A stretch of 64,000 nucleotides of DNA from Vitrella brassicaformis CCMP3155. Its lineage: Eukaryota > Protista > Chromerida. Shown here piece by piece: positions 47,757 through 59,422 of the stretch; within the stretch, counting starts at the first letter, position 1, and the number at the start of each line of letters is the position of its first letter. Location: assembly GCA_001179505.1 (NCBI GenBank), contig CDMY01000392.1, positions 1 through 64,000 of the forward strand, given 5' to 3'. The translations under genes and the position numbers were made by a program. Under the pieces are notes generated by a model. That model did not search any database. It saw only the letters and a program-made list of their open reading frames with translations, and had not been told where the DNA came from.

Positions 47757-50364
47757 CTAGTCACGCATCTCGTTGCTAGATGGGAAGTAGTCAGTGATGA
47801 GCAGCTGCCCGTCCGGGACCGGCAGCCCCTCCCTACAGAATTCGACACTCCAGGGGCCTGTCTGCACGACGGCGAACCCCAAACGGCTCAGCCGCCTCTC
47901 ACACACACACCCGCACACGCACGCACTCCCACACCCGTGTAGCGCACCGAGTGGGAACTCAATGTCTGTTCTGAGTGCGATGCGCTCTAGATTCGGCAGA
48001 GTGGCGATGGCCTTGAGGCACGCGCCCCACAAATAGGTGAAGTCCGGCACCTCGTCCGGCTCCTCTAGCCACGAGAGTGCCGAGAAGTACACGCTGATGC
48101 AGCGGATACGGTGCTCGATGCCACTATCGCCTTTCTCGCCCCCACCTGCCTTGCCCGCCGACGCCACAGCCTCGCTATGATCTGACTCTGCCCAATTGGG
48201 CAGCTCGGCCCAGAGCTGATCGTCATCCCCCTCCCAAAGGGACCAATCCTCCCTGCCCTCGAAGCACGAGTGGAACGCACCCTTAATGTGCAGCAGGGGC
48301 CCGTCACTCGAGCAGTTGCGCAGATATATATATATATATAAGTTGCAGCGATGGCAGGTGGTCAATGGCCGTGGTGACGGCCTCCTCGCCAAGCTGCTCC
48401 GCCTTGCCGAGGTCGATGCAGCGCACCTTGGGGAAGACGCGGCCGAGGTTGAACAGCAGGGGCTGCGGCAGGGGGCTGTCGGTGTCCCTCGCTGGCTGCA
48501 GGGTGAGTGTGCGGGCCGAGCTGAAGACCAGCTTGGGCAGCATGGAGTAGAAGGCCTGGAGGATGGCGTCTTGGGAGAGGCTGGTGGGAAAAGTCACTGA
48601 TGTGGCGAGGGAGGCCACCAAGGTGAGGGTGGAGGAGGCAAGTGAGTAGGCCTCCATGTCGTAGATGAGGCGCATGGACCTGTTGGGCTGCATGAGGAGG
48701 GTGAAGGGGAAGTCGAACGAGCTGCTGCTGTAGTCCTCCTCGCCGTCAGGATGCACGCAGCACCTGTGGACCACACTCAGGGACTGCGACCCACACAGCA
48801 AGCAAAGCAAAGCAAAGCAAAGCAGCAGACACACAAGGCGACTGCACTCGCTGCACATACATTGCCACCCCTTCCTCCCAATGCGTGTGGCCCACGCACG
48901 TGGATGATGGGTGGAGTGATCTGTTTGACGTTGATGGCCGCCTCGATGGCCCCCACCGACCTCAGCCACGTAAAGTTGTCGAGGTCCATCCATGGGTCCG
49001 AATCGGGCAGATTCGTTGTGATCTTGAAGCTCGTCACCTTCTTCACGGGACTGGGCATGACAAGATCCATCGCCTCACACGCATCCCACGCGAAGGGGGG
49101 AGACAGGATGACGTTGGGGGGGCTGTCGCACCACTCCAGCCAGGCGCGGCCGTAGGTCTCATCCTCATCATGATCTCCAGGTTCGTTGTCGTCGGCGGTC
49201 TCCTCCTGCATGCTACGCTTGCGCAACTCAACCGCCGCCAGCGACCTGCGGATCACGCAACAGGCAGGGAAGCGATTGCTGCGTGTCGGCTCCTTTGGAT
49301 ATGTGGTGTGTGCCACTCACCTGAGTCTCCATTTGCGCCGCCATGAGACCGACGCCCAACTCCCCCCCACCACGACCGTCTTCAGCCGTGGGAAGGCTGC
49401 CCCGCTCTCACCCTCGTTTACTGGCGCTACCCTGTGCCGCACCGTCGAGGTCGTGTCAGCCACCAGACTCTCCAGGCGATTTCTCGTCCCCTCTATGAGC
49501 TTCGCCATCCCATCGGTCATCTGGCATCGCACCACTGCACGCTTGGTCTTGGCCACCCAAGGGCGCCACGCCTGCAGCTGCCCCTCGGTGAGGTTGATGG
49601 CCCGGTCGGCCGTGAATGTGATAGTGGTGTGCATGTGGGGGTCATGCGATGGGCCGAGGAAGGAGGAGTGCGCGCGCGCGAGGCCGCCGATGAGGGCCTC
49701 AGTGCCAACCAACGGACCGAGGCTGTCATACAGCAGCCCCTCGGGCATGGTGAGCAGCAAGGGGGGCACCGACTGAACAGAACAACACCACAACACAACA
49801 CACACACAACATACCAAGTCGCACATTGCCTCCTCTTTTTGTGGTCATCGGTGCGCGCCCCGGCTTACGTCTTGCAGCAGGTTGTGCTTCATGGCGGTGA
49901 GTTTCTGCTGTGCGAAGCCGATGAGGATGGCTTGTGTATCGGGCGTGACACCTCGCGCAGGGTCCATCTTGGACAGCAGCGTCTTGAACCTCTCGAAATC
50001 CAGACACACCATCTGCACACACACAGCCAGCGACAAGTACGCAATGGTCAGAATGGCCAAACGCACTGCCGTGTGTCCTCTCGATGCTCACCTTGGCTAC
50101 ATTGGGGCACATCTCCTTGCCCAGCGTCCGCTCCTTGCTCTCCTTGAGCGTCAAGACCTCAGCCGCCTGCATCCCATATACCGCAGAGAGCGCTTTTTCG
50201 AGAGAGGACAATCATTGATCAAGAGCATGCAGCCCGTTGTTCTCACCCTCACCTACCTGCTGATGCAGCTGGTTGAGTTTCTGCACAACATTTTCGTATC
50301 TGTCCCTGAAGCCGAGCACTCGTCCGAGCAGTGCCACGGCGTCGGTCCGGGACTCGAGCTCCAT
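47757..50364 (-). pseudogene. F-box/LRR-like lineage-specific gene, frameshifted at an exonic (TA)n tract (48324-48340)
   Basis: MELESRTDAVALLG...; F-box-like PPLLLTMPEGLLYDSLGPL; LRR-like FPRLKTVVV, FPKVRCIDLG and LPNLERIAL. The frame ends at TGA 48304 while GC3-rich coding sequence continues in a shifted frame. Confidence 0.6.
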
Positions 50365-50454
50365 CTAGCGCCCACTGACACGCTCAAGTGAACAATGCAG
50401 TGGATATGTCCTGTACGGGCCGAACGATTCGATTTCTGATTCAATGATTTCCCT

Positions 50455-50491
50455 GGGGTTTAGGGTTATAGGGTTAGGGTCTTAAACCCTA
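50455..50491. promoter_or_regulatory. Cluster of degenerate telomere-type repeats (TTTAGGG, TATAGGG, TTAGGG, inverted AAACCCTA) in a divergent intergenic region
   Basis: ggggtttagggttatagggttagggtcttaaacccta lies between ATGs at 50364 (-) and 50564 (+). Confidence 0.5.
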
Positions 50492-50563
50492 CAAAGATCC
50501 GAAGTTTACGCACGCCCTTTGGGGCAACGCCGCATAGCCACGAGATAGCCGAAGCGGATAGCC

Positions 50564-51993
50564 ATGCAGTCGCCCGAGCCCAACATTCGGAGGGCCGAGC
50601 CGACCACGCCACCCACCAACCGGCGAGATCCCAATCGCATGTATGACCCGCCCCCCGCACCCAAGAAATCCAGGAACCGCACGGCGCGTGCACTGCATCT
50701 GTCCGCCACCCCCCCTCCAGTGCGGTCCGATCCCTTCCGGCGGTTGAGCTTCTCCGGCGGCCCTGCAGCAGCGGCGGCAGGCCTTCATGTGCAGCGTGGT
50801 GGTGGAGAGGGTGGGATGGGTGGCGCCATGGCGGCCGCGGCTGCTGCGGCTGCTGCAGCGGCTGTGGCGCAGTCACCGCAGCGCGCGGTGCCCGCTAGGA
50901 ACAAACGAACCCACGATGTAAGCCATGGTGTGTTAATTGTGTCACATGGGCTCTCTGTCGTGTCTGTCTGGACATGTGTGTCATGCATTGCATTGCAGGA
51001 GTTGATGAGTCATCCCTACGAGCGGCAGGGGGAGGTGGAGTGCAGTCCCCCCCGCAGCTTCATGGCCCGCATAGCCCAGATGGCGCCGGAGGGACCCGCT
51101 GCCGCCGTGGGTGATGGTGTGGTTGATGTGACGGAGCGAGGCCACGACCCCGCGTTCCCCGCATACCAGCCCAAGAAGGCCATCCGCCGCCGTGAGGTGG
51201 GTCAGGGAGGGAGGGCGGGAGAGAGGGAGAGAAGGATGGATATACGGTGGAGATATGGTGCAGGGTGGTGGTGCTGTAGAGCGTCGTGGTCCGTTTGCAC
51301 CGGTAGCGCCCATGTTGCCTGGCAGCCCGCCCCCTGCCCGCCGGCTGTCCAAGTCGCCGCACAGCATGGAGATCGTCCGTGACATGAAGCGCATGGTCAT
51401 CCTCTCCAACAAGCGCGGCAAGCCGTCGGGCGCATCGCGCCTCCTGCAGCCTGGCAGCGGCAGCGGGAGCGGGATGGACGTGGGCAACGGGGCGTATGCC
51501 ATGGACACGGACAATGGCGCCAGCCAGGGGGGGCAGGGGGGTATGGTGATGGATAACGTATCTGGCGTTGGTGCGGTGCCGTCCATCGGCAGCCTGGCGC
51601 AGCAGCCACCCGGCGGTGCTCCTGCCGGAGGGGGTGCTGTCGGCAGCGGTGATGCTGCTCCTGGCGCTGTGCTCGGCGTGCCTCGTGTGGCGGTTGGTGA
51701 GACGACGCCTCCCCGACAGCAGCAGGCGGCTGTGGGTGTGGGTGTGGGTGTCGGTGTGGGCCGTCGTCCCCCCCGCCCCCCCACCAACCGGCGGGGTGTC
51801 AACCGGCCGCGGACGAGGGCGCAGCTCGCACTTGAGGCCGCGGCACAGAAGGCCAACGACCCATTCATACCACCAACGCCTTCACGACGGGTCAGTGCAG
51901 CAGGCTCTCACACCACACAGACAGGCGAACGGATACAAGTATGCAGCGGTGCATTGCTGCGTGTGTGTCCGTGTCTGGTGTGTGCAGCGTTGA
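50564..51993 (+). CDS. Lineage-specific low-complexity protein (Pro/Gly/Ala-rich); paralog of 57-1025
   Basis: MQSPEPNIRR...NKRTHD | ELMSHPYERQ...IRRRE | ...KRGKPSGASRLLQPGSGSGSG...PFIPPTPSRR | R*. The 3' end is approximate. Confidence 0.6.
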
Positions 51994-52497
51994 GAGGAGT
52001 TTTGGAGTATCTGAGGAGTGTAGAGTTGGTTGGAGAACCTGGAGGTCGGCGGCGGATGGAGGAGACATCGACAGTCATATGGACGGATGGATGGGATGGC
52101 TGATATGCGTGTGTGTGTGTACACAATTTGTTTCGTTCGTTAGGAAGAACGGAAAGACCAGGTGGCGACCATGCATACCTGTCTGCGAAAGAGCCTGCTT
52201 GCCGACTCACTCAGAGAGGGCAGGCGTGGTTGTGGTGTGGGGGGTGGGTGGGTGGCTGGGTGGTCTGCGCCTACATGTGAACAGCTGAAGGACGATAATG
52301 GGTGCCTGCGTGACGTGTCTGGGTGGATGGATGGATGGACGATCGGCGGAATGAACGATAACACATTGATCGATCCACTTCGGGTTCGTGAGTGCATCAC
52401 CATGCATCAGAAATTCTCACACAAGCGCTATCTAGCACTTAACCAGGCCGTCCATGAGTGAAAAATGGTGCAACACACCCACGCGCACACACCCACC

Positions 52498-52529
<32 letters not shown>

Positions 52530-53084
52530 AAGAAAAGGGTCGGGTTGGCCAGTCAGTGTCAGTGAGGCAAGGAACGCAACTTCATTTGCAAAACTCGGCA
52601 CGGCTCATGCAGGGGGGTATGTTATGTACACGCAGATCAACTGCTGTCTGACTGTCTGTCTGTCTTGCTGTCGGTCTGTCTGTGTGCGGCTCGGGTGCGG
52701 TGCGAGTGAGGTTCATCGGCCCTCGCCCTCGCACTTCTGTCCTGCCAGTGTGAGATCACCAGCAGGAAATCAGTAACGAGACCAAGGCCCATGACCCCCC
52801 CAGCCACCAGCCAGCAACACTTACACGCAAACACTCACAGGCGCCGCCAACAACCACAACGACACCTCACTTAGGCACACATGTTTTCCCTCCACCATGT
52901 TCTCTCTGTCGAGTGGGCTGCGCCTTTCACCCATGACTCGCACCGGACCGCCAGAAGCCATATGTGTCAGCTTCGAGCAGTCCAGTATGAGGGCCAAGTG
53001 AAAAGCACGCAGCCCCCAACGACATTCGAACACACACCCGCACCAAGATAATGAAGGCCGATCGCGCCCCCTTGCTCATAACGT

Positions 53085-54516
53085 CTATCTGAGGAAGAGG
53101 GGGGCGAAGAGAATGAGGCCAAGGATCAGAAAGAGGATGATCATGCACACGAAACGCTGATCACACACACACACACACAAACACACAAGAATGGATGAAG
53201 TGGGTGAGGTCACTCGTCGTGTGGATGGTTGGTTACCTTGGTGACGGCGTTCTGAAACTTCCTCGCTGTGATGAGCTCCTGCGTCGCATCATCTGAAACA
53301 CATTCACCCACACACACGAGGGAGAGACTGACCGCCTGCCACACACCCCCATGCCGCCCTGGCTCTCACCAGTGTAGTCCTTAGCGCTGGACACGTTGTG
53401 CTCGATCTGGTCGATGAGGTCGCCCTGCGTCTCCACATACGCCGCCAGGTCGGTGTACAGGCGCTGGATGTCACCCACACCTGACAGACAGACGGACACA
53501 CACGGACACATGGGGGTGGTAAGCTCTGTTTGTATGTGTGTGTGTGTGGGTGGCCCTACTTCTTTGCAGCTTCTGTAGGTCGTTGTAGGTGTCCTGCAGG
53601 TCCTGCAGCTCGTCTATCGCCGCCTGGGCAGTCTCATGACCCTGTCAGTCAAACACACCCACCATGAGCCACACATGCGACGTTAGCTCATGTGTGGTCG
53701 GCCGGTGTCATTGCTCACCCCCGATATCCTCCCCCTGATGGCCGCCGATGCGCTCTGCACGCCGCCGTCCGCCTCCATCAGGGCCTCTATCTCGCGATCT
53801 GTCGCCTCAGGATACGCTGAACCACCACACACACACACACGGACACCCATGGCCCCCATTCCACCGAGTCAGTCGCTGTCTGTCTTTATCACTTACCGAG
53901 CCTGACTTGGCGTATGACCTTGGCGCGCACGTCGCGTTGGTACTCGGACTGCGCCTGCTGGTGGTCTGCCAGGTGTGACCTGAACTTGCGAGTGAGGTTC
54001 TGGTAGAGGTTGATGCGGATCCGTGTCTCCGACGAGTGCGGCTGCGCCTCGCGCACCGCCTCGTTCTCCAGCCGCATGGCCTCCAGCAGCCGGCGGATAG
54101 ACACAGACTGCTGACTCGCCTCGCTCAACAGACTGTTCAGCTGCTGGCTCACCGCTGCGACACAAACCACCACCACCAAGACAAGACACACATGAGCTGT
54201 CTCGCTTGCCCATCCTGCCTGTGATCTCACCCCTCTCCTTGGCAGAGCTGTTGGCGGCCAGTGCGTGCCCCTTGAGCGCCCTGACCCTGTCGCTGATGCT
54301 GTGGAACTGCCCCAGCTCGCTCTTGATGGTGGTCACCTGCTTGAAGAAGTCGTCCGTCGACCCCACAGCGCCACCCGCCAGGCCGTCAGACGTCGGCGAG
54401 GTGAAGAGGTCCCGCATGCTCGATGACGCGCTGGACGGGAGAGATGCGCTTGAGGAGGTGGTCTGCTGCTGCTGCCGTTTCGCCATCTGGCGAAGATCAT
54501 TGAGGCGGTCGTTCAT
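53085..54516 (-). CDS. Syntaxin (Qa-SNARE, syntaxin-1/SYP1 plasma-membrane type)
   Basis: MNDRLNDL; Habc region DFFKQVTTIK and RIRINLYQNLTRKF; SNARE motif LYTDLAAYVETQGDLIDQIEHNVSSAKDY; C-terminal TM FVCMIILFLILGLILFAPLF. Confidence 0.93.
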
Positions 54517-54921
54517 CTTGGGAATCAGATCTGCGCAAGGCGAGCTACACTTACAAGCTCGCGCCGTTCGAGATGGTTGGGATGGTTCCGGAGATGCCTT
54601 AAGGATCACCCTGACCGCTCTGGATGGTTCGGAGATCGCATGTTTGTTGCTTGATCTTCGTCGCCTCCGGCTCATCGTGAGGGCGTGGTTCGCGGCAGCA
54701 GATATGGATGGATAGCCCGACGCTGCATCACAGCAGCAGCTACACCGCTTCATCGGTGTCAGCGCATCTGTAGCTCTTGGCGACGAGTCCATGGACGGAA
54801 GCAACTCATCGGCGGCTGCCGCAGGTGAACGAGTGAATAAATGAATGAATGTGCTGGAGAGAATGAAATGCCTCTCTGCATCTCTGTGTTACGTGCAGGC
54901 GGTGGCGGCGGCGGCGGCGGC

Positions 54922-55587
54922 ATGTCTTCAGCGAACCGTTTGAGCGAGGGACTGAACACGACGGTGAGATGAGAGTGAGAGGGAGGCTCAGTAAGAAGCT
55001 TTCCTGTCTGCCGTTGCTTTGTGTTCAGGTGTCGACTGGTGATGGGAAGCGGTCACGTGTAGCTATCGACCCGGCTGCTACCGCTGCTAGTGCCGGTACG
55101 TGCGCACACAAAACATCACCAACACAATGACGAATAGATGTATGTGATGCTGTGTTGTGTGTGCCTTCAGGTGGTGTGTCGAGTGGTGCATTCGGTGCTG
55201 GAGCAGCGGCACAGGAGCACACTACTAAGCAAAAGGTGACACAAGAACCGACCACCACCTCTATCGCGCATCTTTCCCTCGTGTGTCTGTGCGTGTGTTA
55301 GAAGTACGGCCGACCGTGTCTGTCCGGTCTGCCTGAGGGCGTCATCGGGCATGTGGGCACCTTCCTTACCACTTTGACGGCCGTCCGGCTGTCGAAGGTC
55401 AGCAAGGAGACCCGCGAGAAGGCCATCGACGACACTTTCGGCGTCTTCCGCCACTTCGCCATGACGAAAAAAGAGGAGGACATCTACGGCAAGATCAAGA
55501 AAGTGGAGGAGATGAAGCACATGGTGAGTGAGAGAGCTAAGGTGAGTTCTGCCACATGGATGGCATGCTCTATCGGTGTGTGTGTAT

Positions 55588-55627
<40 letters not shown>

Positions 55628-57170
55628 GGCAAAATCCGTACGGCGTTTGTGGGCACAGATGACAGCTCCTGTCTGGTGGAGCTCCTCGAGGCGTCAAGAG
55701 CGACACTCGAGGAGCTGACCGTCTGTGGCGGCGAGTACGATATGCTGCTCCTCAGTCAGGGCCATATCGAGGCCTCCAACTCTCAGGTCGAGTTCCCCAA
55801 GCTGACCCGCATGGACGTCCAGTCCACCGAGTGGCTCGAATACATAGGGTATGTGCATGCAACACAAGATGCATGTAGTGTCTGTCTGTCTGGCGCTCAC
55901 ACGTTTGTCTGTCTGCAGTGTCCGTCGGTGGGCCCTTCCGGCCCTCACGAGTCTCCAGATCCATGGTTGCAGTGCGAGCACGCTTGTGCCCCTCCTCAAC
56001 GCATCCCCCAAGATCGAGCAGCTGGAGACCAAGGCCAGGCATCCCAGCAAGGGCGGCTGCATCAGCTTGTCCAAGGACACCGGCGAGCTTGTCCCGGCCC
56101 ACGACGACACGGAGTCCGAGTGGCCGGGGTTCCTCAGTGCCCTCCAGAGCTGCCCCTACCTCACCACCATCACCGGCATGTGGCTATGGAGTGGGGAGAG
56201 TGACCGCCTCAAGAGCTCAGAAATGTACTCGACGCACACTGGACCAACACGCAAAACAATGGTGAGGCACCGAAGACATGCGTGTGGTTTGCGTCGATCA
56301 ATTGGTTTGTACCTATCGGCGACTCATGCGTGCGCAAGAGGCTGGAGTTTGTGGTGAGTCCTTCGACGGCCGGCGACAACTTGGGGCAGGGGGCTGCGGC
56401 CAACGTGCAGGCCTTCCGTAGCTGGGCGGCGGGAGTCAACTGCGAGCTCAAGTGGCGGCCCGTGGGCGACTTCTACGTCGACTGCAGCAGCGACGCCGCA
56501 GAAGCCCCTCGTGCGCCCGGCGGCGTCATGGGAGATGTCGCATCAGAGCTGGCGCCCAAGGCCACTGGGGTAAGGCAAGAAAGGACAGATAAATGCGGGG
56601 ATCCATGTGTGTGCTCGGCACGGTGTGTGCTCAGGTCGACTTGCGGCTCGGTGGGACGCCTTTGCACTCATCGTGGAGTGGCGTGCTCAGCTTCCCCAAC
56701 GCCAAGTGGCTCCGTATCTCTGTCGAGGAGGGCGCGAGTGTCTCGGCAGCTGTGGGCAGCATCCCCACGTGCCTCATCGACGAAACGAGCCGACGGTTGC
56801 CGGCTGTGCAGCACCTGCGGATCCCTCGTGGCCACTGTGAGTGGTCGTCGCTCGCTGACCTGCCGGTGTCCTGTAGCAAGATGCGCTCGTTTTTGGGCGG
56901 GCTGAAGACACTGCAGAGTACGTGTGTTCCCTGCGGGCTGATGTCGCTTCTGCCTGTAGAGCACCGGTAGCGGGTTAGCGTGGGCATGGTGTTGTGTGTG
57001 AGTGGACGGTGGACGCTCCTGACATATGGGATGACCACTGCCCACACATACGCCACCTCAAGGGTTTTGACCAGGGGAGCAAGGCACAGCCGGGTCATTT
57101 GACCAGGGGAGCAAGGCACAGCCGGGTCATTTTGCCAAAGTAGCGATGGCATCCCAGCCAGCCAGTATCA
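54922..57170 (+). pseudogene. F-box/LRR-like lineage-specific gene with probable lesions
   Basis: Clear F-box LSGLPEGVIGHVGTFLTTLTAVRLSKVSK; LRR-like FPKLTRMDV, WALPALTSLQI, FPNAKWLRI and LPAVQHLRI. Probable 1-nt deletion at ~56213, AT in place of an AG acceptor at 56326-56327, and a 32-bp duplication near the 3' end. Confidence 0.6.
57067..57130. repeat. Perfect 32-bp tandem duplication (ttgaccaggggagcaaggcacagccgggtcat x2)
   Basis: Directly visible. Confidence 0.95.
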
Positions 57171-58142
57171 ACATGTTTGCAAAGATACCTGCGGATGAGT
57201 TGGATCCGGATGACGTGCTGACTCACGAATGAGCTGTCGGCACGTAGAACCCTTGAAGGCACATTACACAGTCAGGCAATTTCGGAGCTCTTCGTGGTTT
57301 TCGGTAGCAGCCAGACTGGGTGGGCGAGCGGGGCAGGGATATGTCGTCTCTATGTGACGCAGTGTGTGTACAGTGTGTGTGTGTGTGTGTGTGTGTAATT
57401 GGGAGAAGGGGGGCGGTGCTCTTCTGGGTGGTCTCGATTAGTACTTGTTGATTGCCACGTGTTGTTCTGTCCGTCGGTCTGTCTCTTTCGATGGCTCCCC
57501 TGCCGTCGTATCTCCCTTTCCCCAATGCCTCGGACCCTTACGTCGACCAGAGACAGAGACAGAGACAAAGACAGAGAGGTCGAATGAGTAGAGGGCGAGG
57601 CAAGACAAGAGGTGGATCTTGGCTGACTCGCACTGGGTGACAGAATGAATGCCAGCTGCTTCGCTCATGTATGCGTCTTGGTCACAGTGAAATTTTTAGT
57701 CCATCTCGACCTGAATGAAGTGTGTCTGCTCCTTCTGCGCTCAGCGTCGACCCGTGCATGCGATGAGTTGAAGGGAGACAGCAAGGCTCGCCTTCCTCAT
57801 CCTTACACACCACATCATGCACACTTGATTGGATTGTATGCACAGCACATTCTAGCCCTGCACCTGCCCACCAGCCAGCTAGTTAGGAAACGGAAAGAAA
57901 CACAATCTCCTGGCTGTACTGAAGCAACATCCTCTCTGTCGCGTGCCGATCCCTTCTGCCGGCCCGCCCGCACGGCGAACACCAAGCACTCATTTCTGCC
58001 CGACACTCGCCATACGCGCCTACAGAGAAAAGGGAGCAGTACGACACGGCAGCGAAGAGAGAGGTGAGGAACAAAGGTAGGATCACGCTTCACGCAGACA
58101 CGGTGGGTCCCCACTACAAAAAGGCGACACCTCCCAGACACG

Positions 58143-58476
58143 TCACGAGCCCCTGGCCTTGTCTGTCAGCAGCAGCGGCTCAATGAACTCCCACAGCAGC
58201 CGATTCACCTCTGCGGGCCTCTCCAACATGCAGTTGTGGCTCGTGCCCTCAACAACCTGCACACACACAGACAGACATGTCCATGTCCATGCGCTTCTGT
58301 CTGTCTGTCTGTCTGTCTGGTCACCGACCTTGTGTGTGGCTGAGCCGCCCAGGTCTTTATTGAGCTGCTCTGCCCCACTGACGGGCGTGATGGGGTCTGT
58401 TTCGCCGGTCAGCAGCAACACTGACGGCTGCACTTCCAACCCACGATACGACTCGATGCCTGCACACGCCCACACG

Positions 58477-58509
<33 letters not shown>

Positions 58510-59292
58510 CCATCCAGATCCACGGGGGCATTCACAGAAACGTTGCACACGGGTCTGTATGGTTGCTTCCTGACCTTGATCGATTCCCTGCTGCATCGAC
58601 GGCCCCACCCAGCCCTTGACCATCCCCTTGATCACAAACATGGGGTTCAGCGACGTCACCTCGTTCTCAGACGCTATAACCACCCTCTCCGTGTCAGGAT
58701 GGAACAGACTCCTGTTGCTCGCGTCGCGAAACATCGGCCGGACCAGCTCCAGCACCGCCACCGGCAGATTCAGCATGATGGCCGGCGGCTGAGAAGCGTG
58801 ACGCGACGCGCCGATCAACACAAGCCCGTTGACGGCCATACGGCTGCCCTTGCCCTTCCCCTCTTGGTGGAGCGTTTGCATCACCCTGAGAGCGTGCTGG
58901 CAGCCGTACGAGTGGCCAACGATGACCGTCGCGCCCTTGCAGAACAGCTGGTAGACAGCCAGGCAGACACCCGCCAGCCTCTCGGCGGAGTAGTGGTCGA
59001 AAGAATCGGTCGGTTTGTCGCTCTCCCCAGCGCCCGGGAGGTCTGGCGCCACTACTCGCAGGCCCCTCTCAGCCAGGAAGTCTACCTGGTGCTTGAACTG
59101 GGCTGCCCGGCCGCCCATGCCGTGCAGGAAAAGGACAGTCATCTTGGCCTCTTCAGGCCCTTCCAGGATGACTCGAAGGCCGTAGTTGAGAATGGTGAAG
59201 CGTTTGTTGCCGTAGCGGGCACGCTCTGCGGCGAGGGTGGGCGGGAGAGATCCAGCAGCATCGGCAGCAGGCGATGATGAAGTGCCGCCCAT
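58143..59292 (-). CDS. Alpha/beta hydrolase (ABHD8-like) with an N-myristoylation motif
   Basis: MGGTSSS; VLFLHGMGG; VVAPDLPGAGES; nucleophile GHSYG; LTGETD; EGTSH...ERPAEVN (Ser-Asp-His triad). Confidence 0.92.
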
Positions 59293-59422
59293 GATAGGTG
59301 CGAGCAGGAGGAAACAGCTCAATAACGGTCCCTTTTCGAAAAAAGCGTGGCAGATCTGCCTCTCCGCCTCAAGCTCGCCTTTTGAGCCGAGGGTCTCTCC
59401 CGTGTTGCATTTTCATCGCACC

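Noticed and set aside
46670-47760. Overlapping ORFs of 100-340 aa between U-box copy 2 and the F-box gene
   Set aside because: Dominated by microsatellite-derived sequence with no consistent spliced model; at most a decayed fragment.
53893-54804. Long N-terminal extension of the syntaxin ORF
   Set aside because: MNDRLNDL at 54516 is the typical syntaxin start; the upstream part looks like open 5' UTR.
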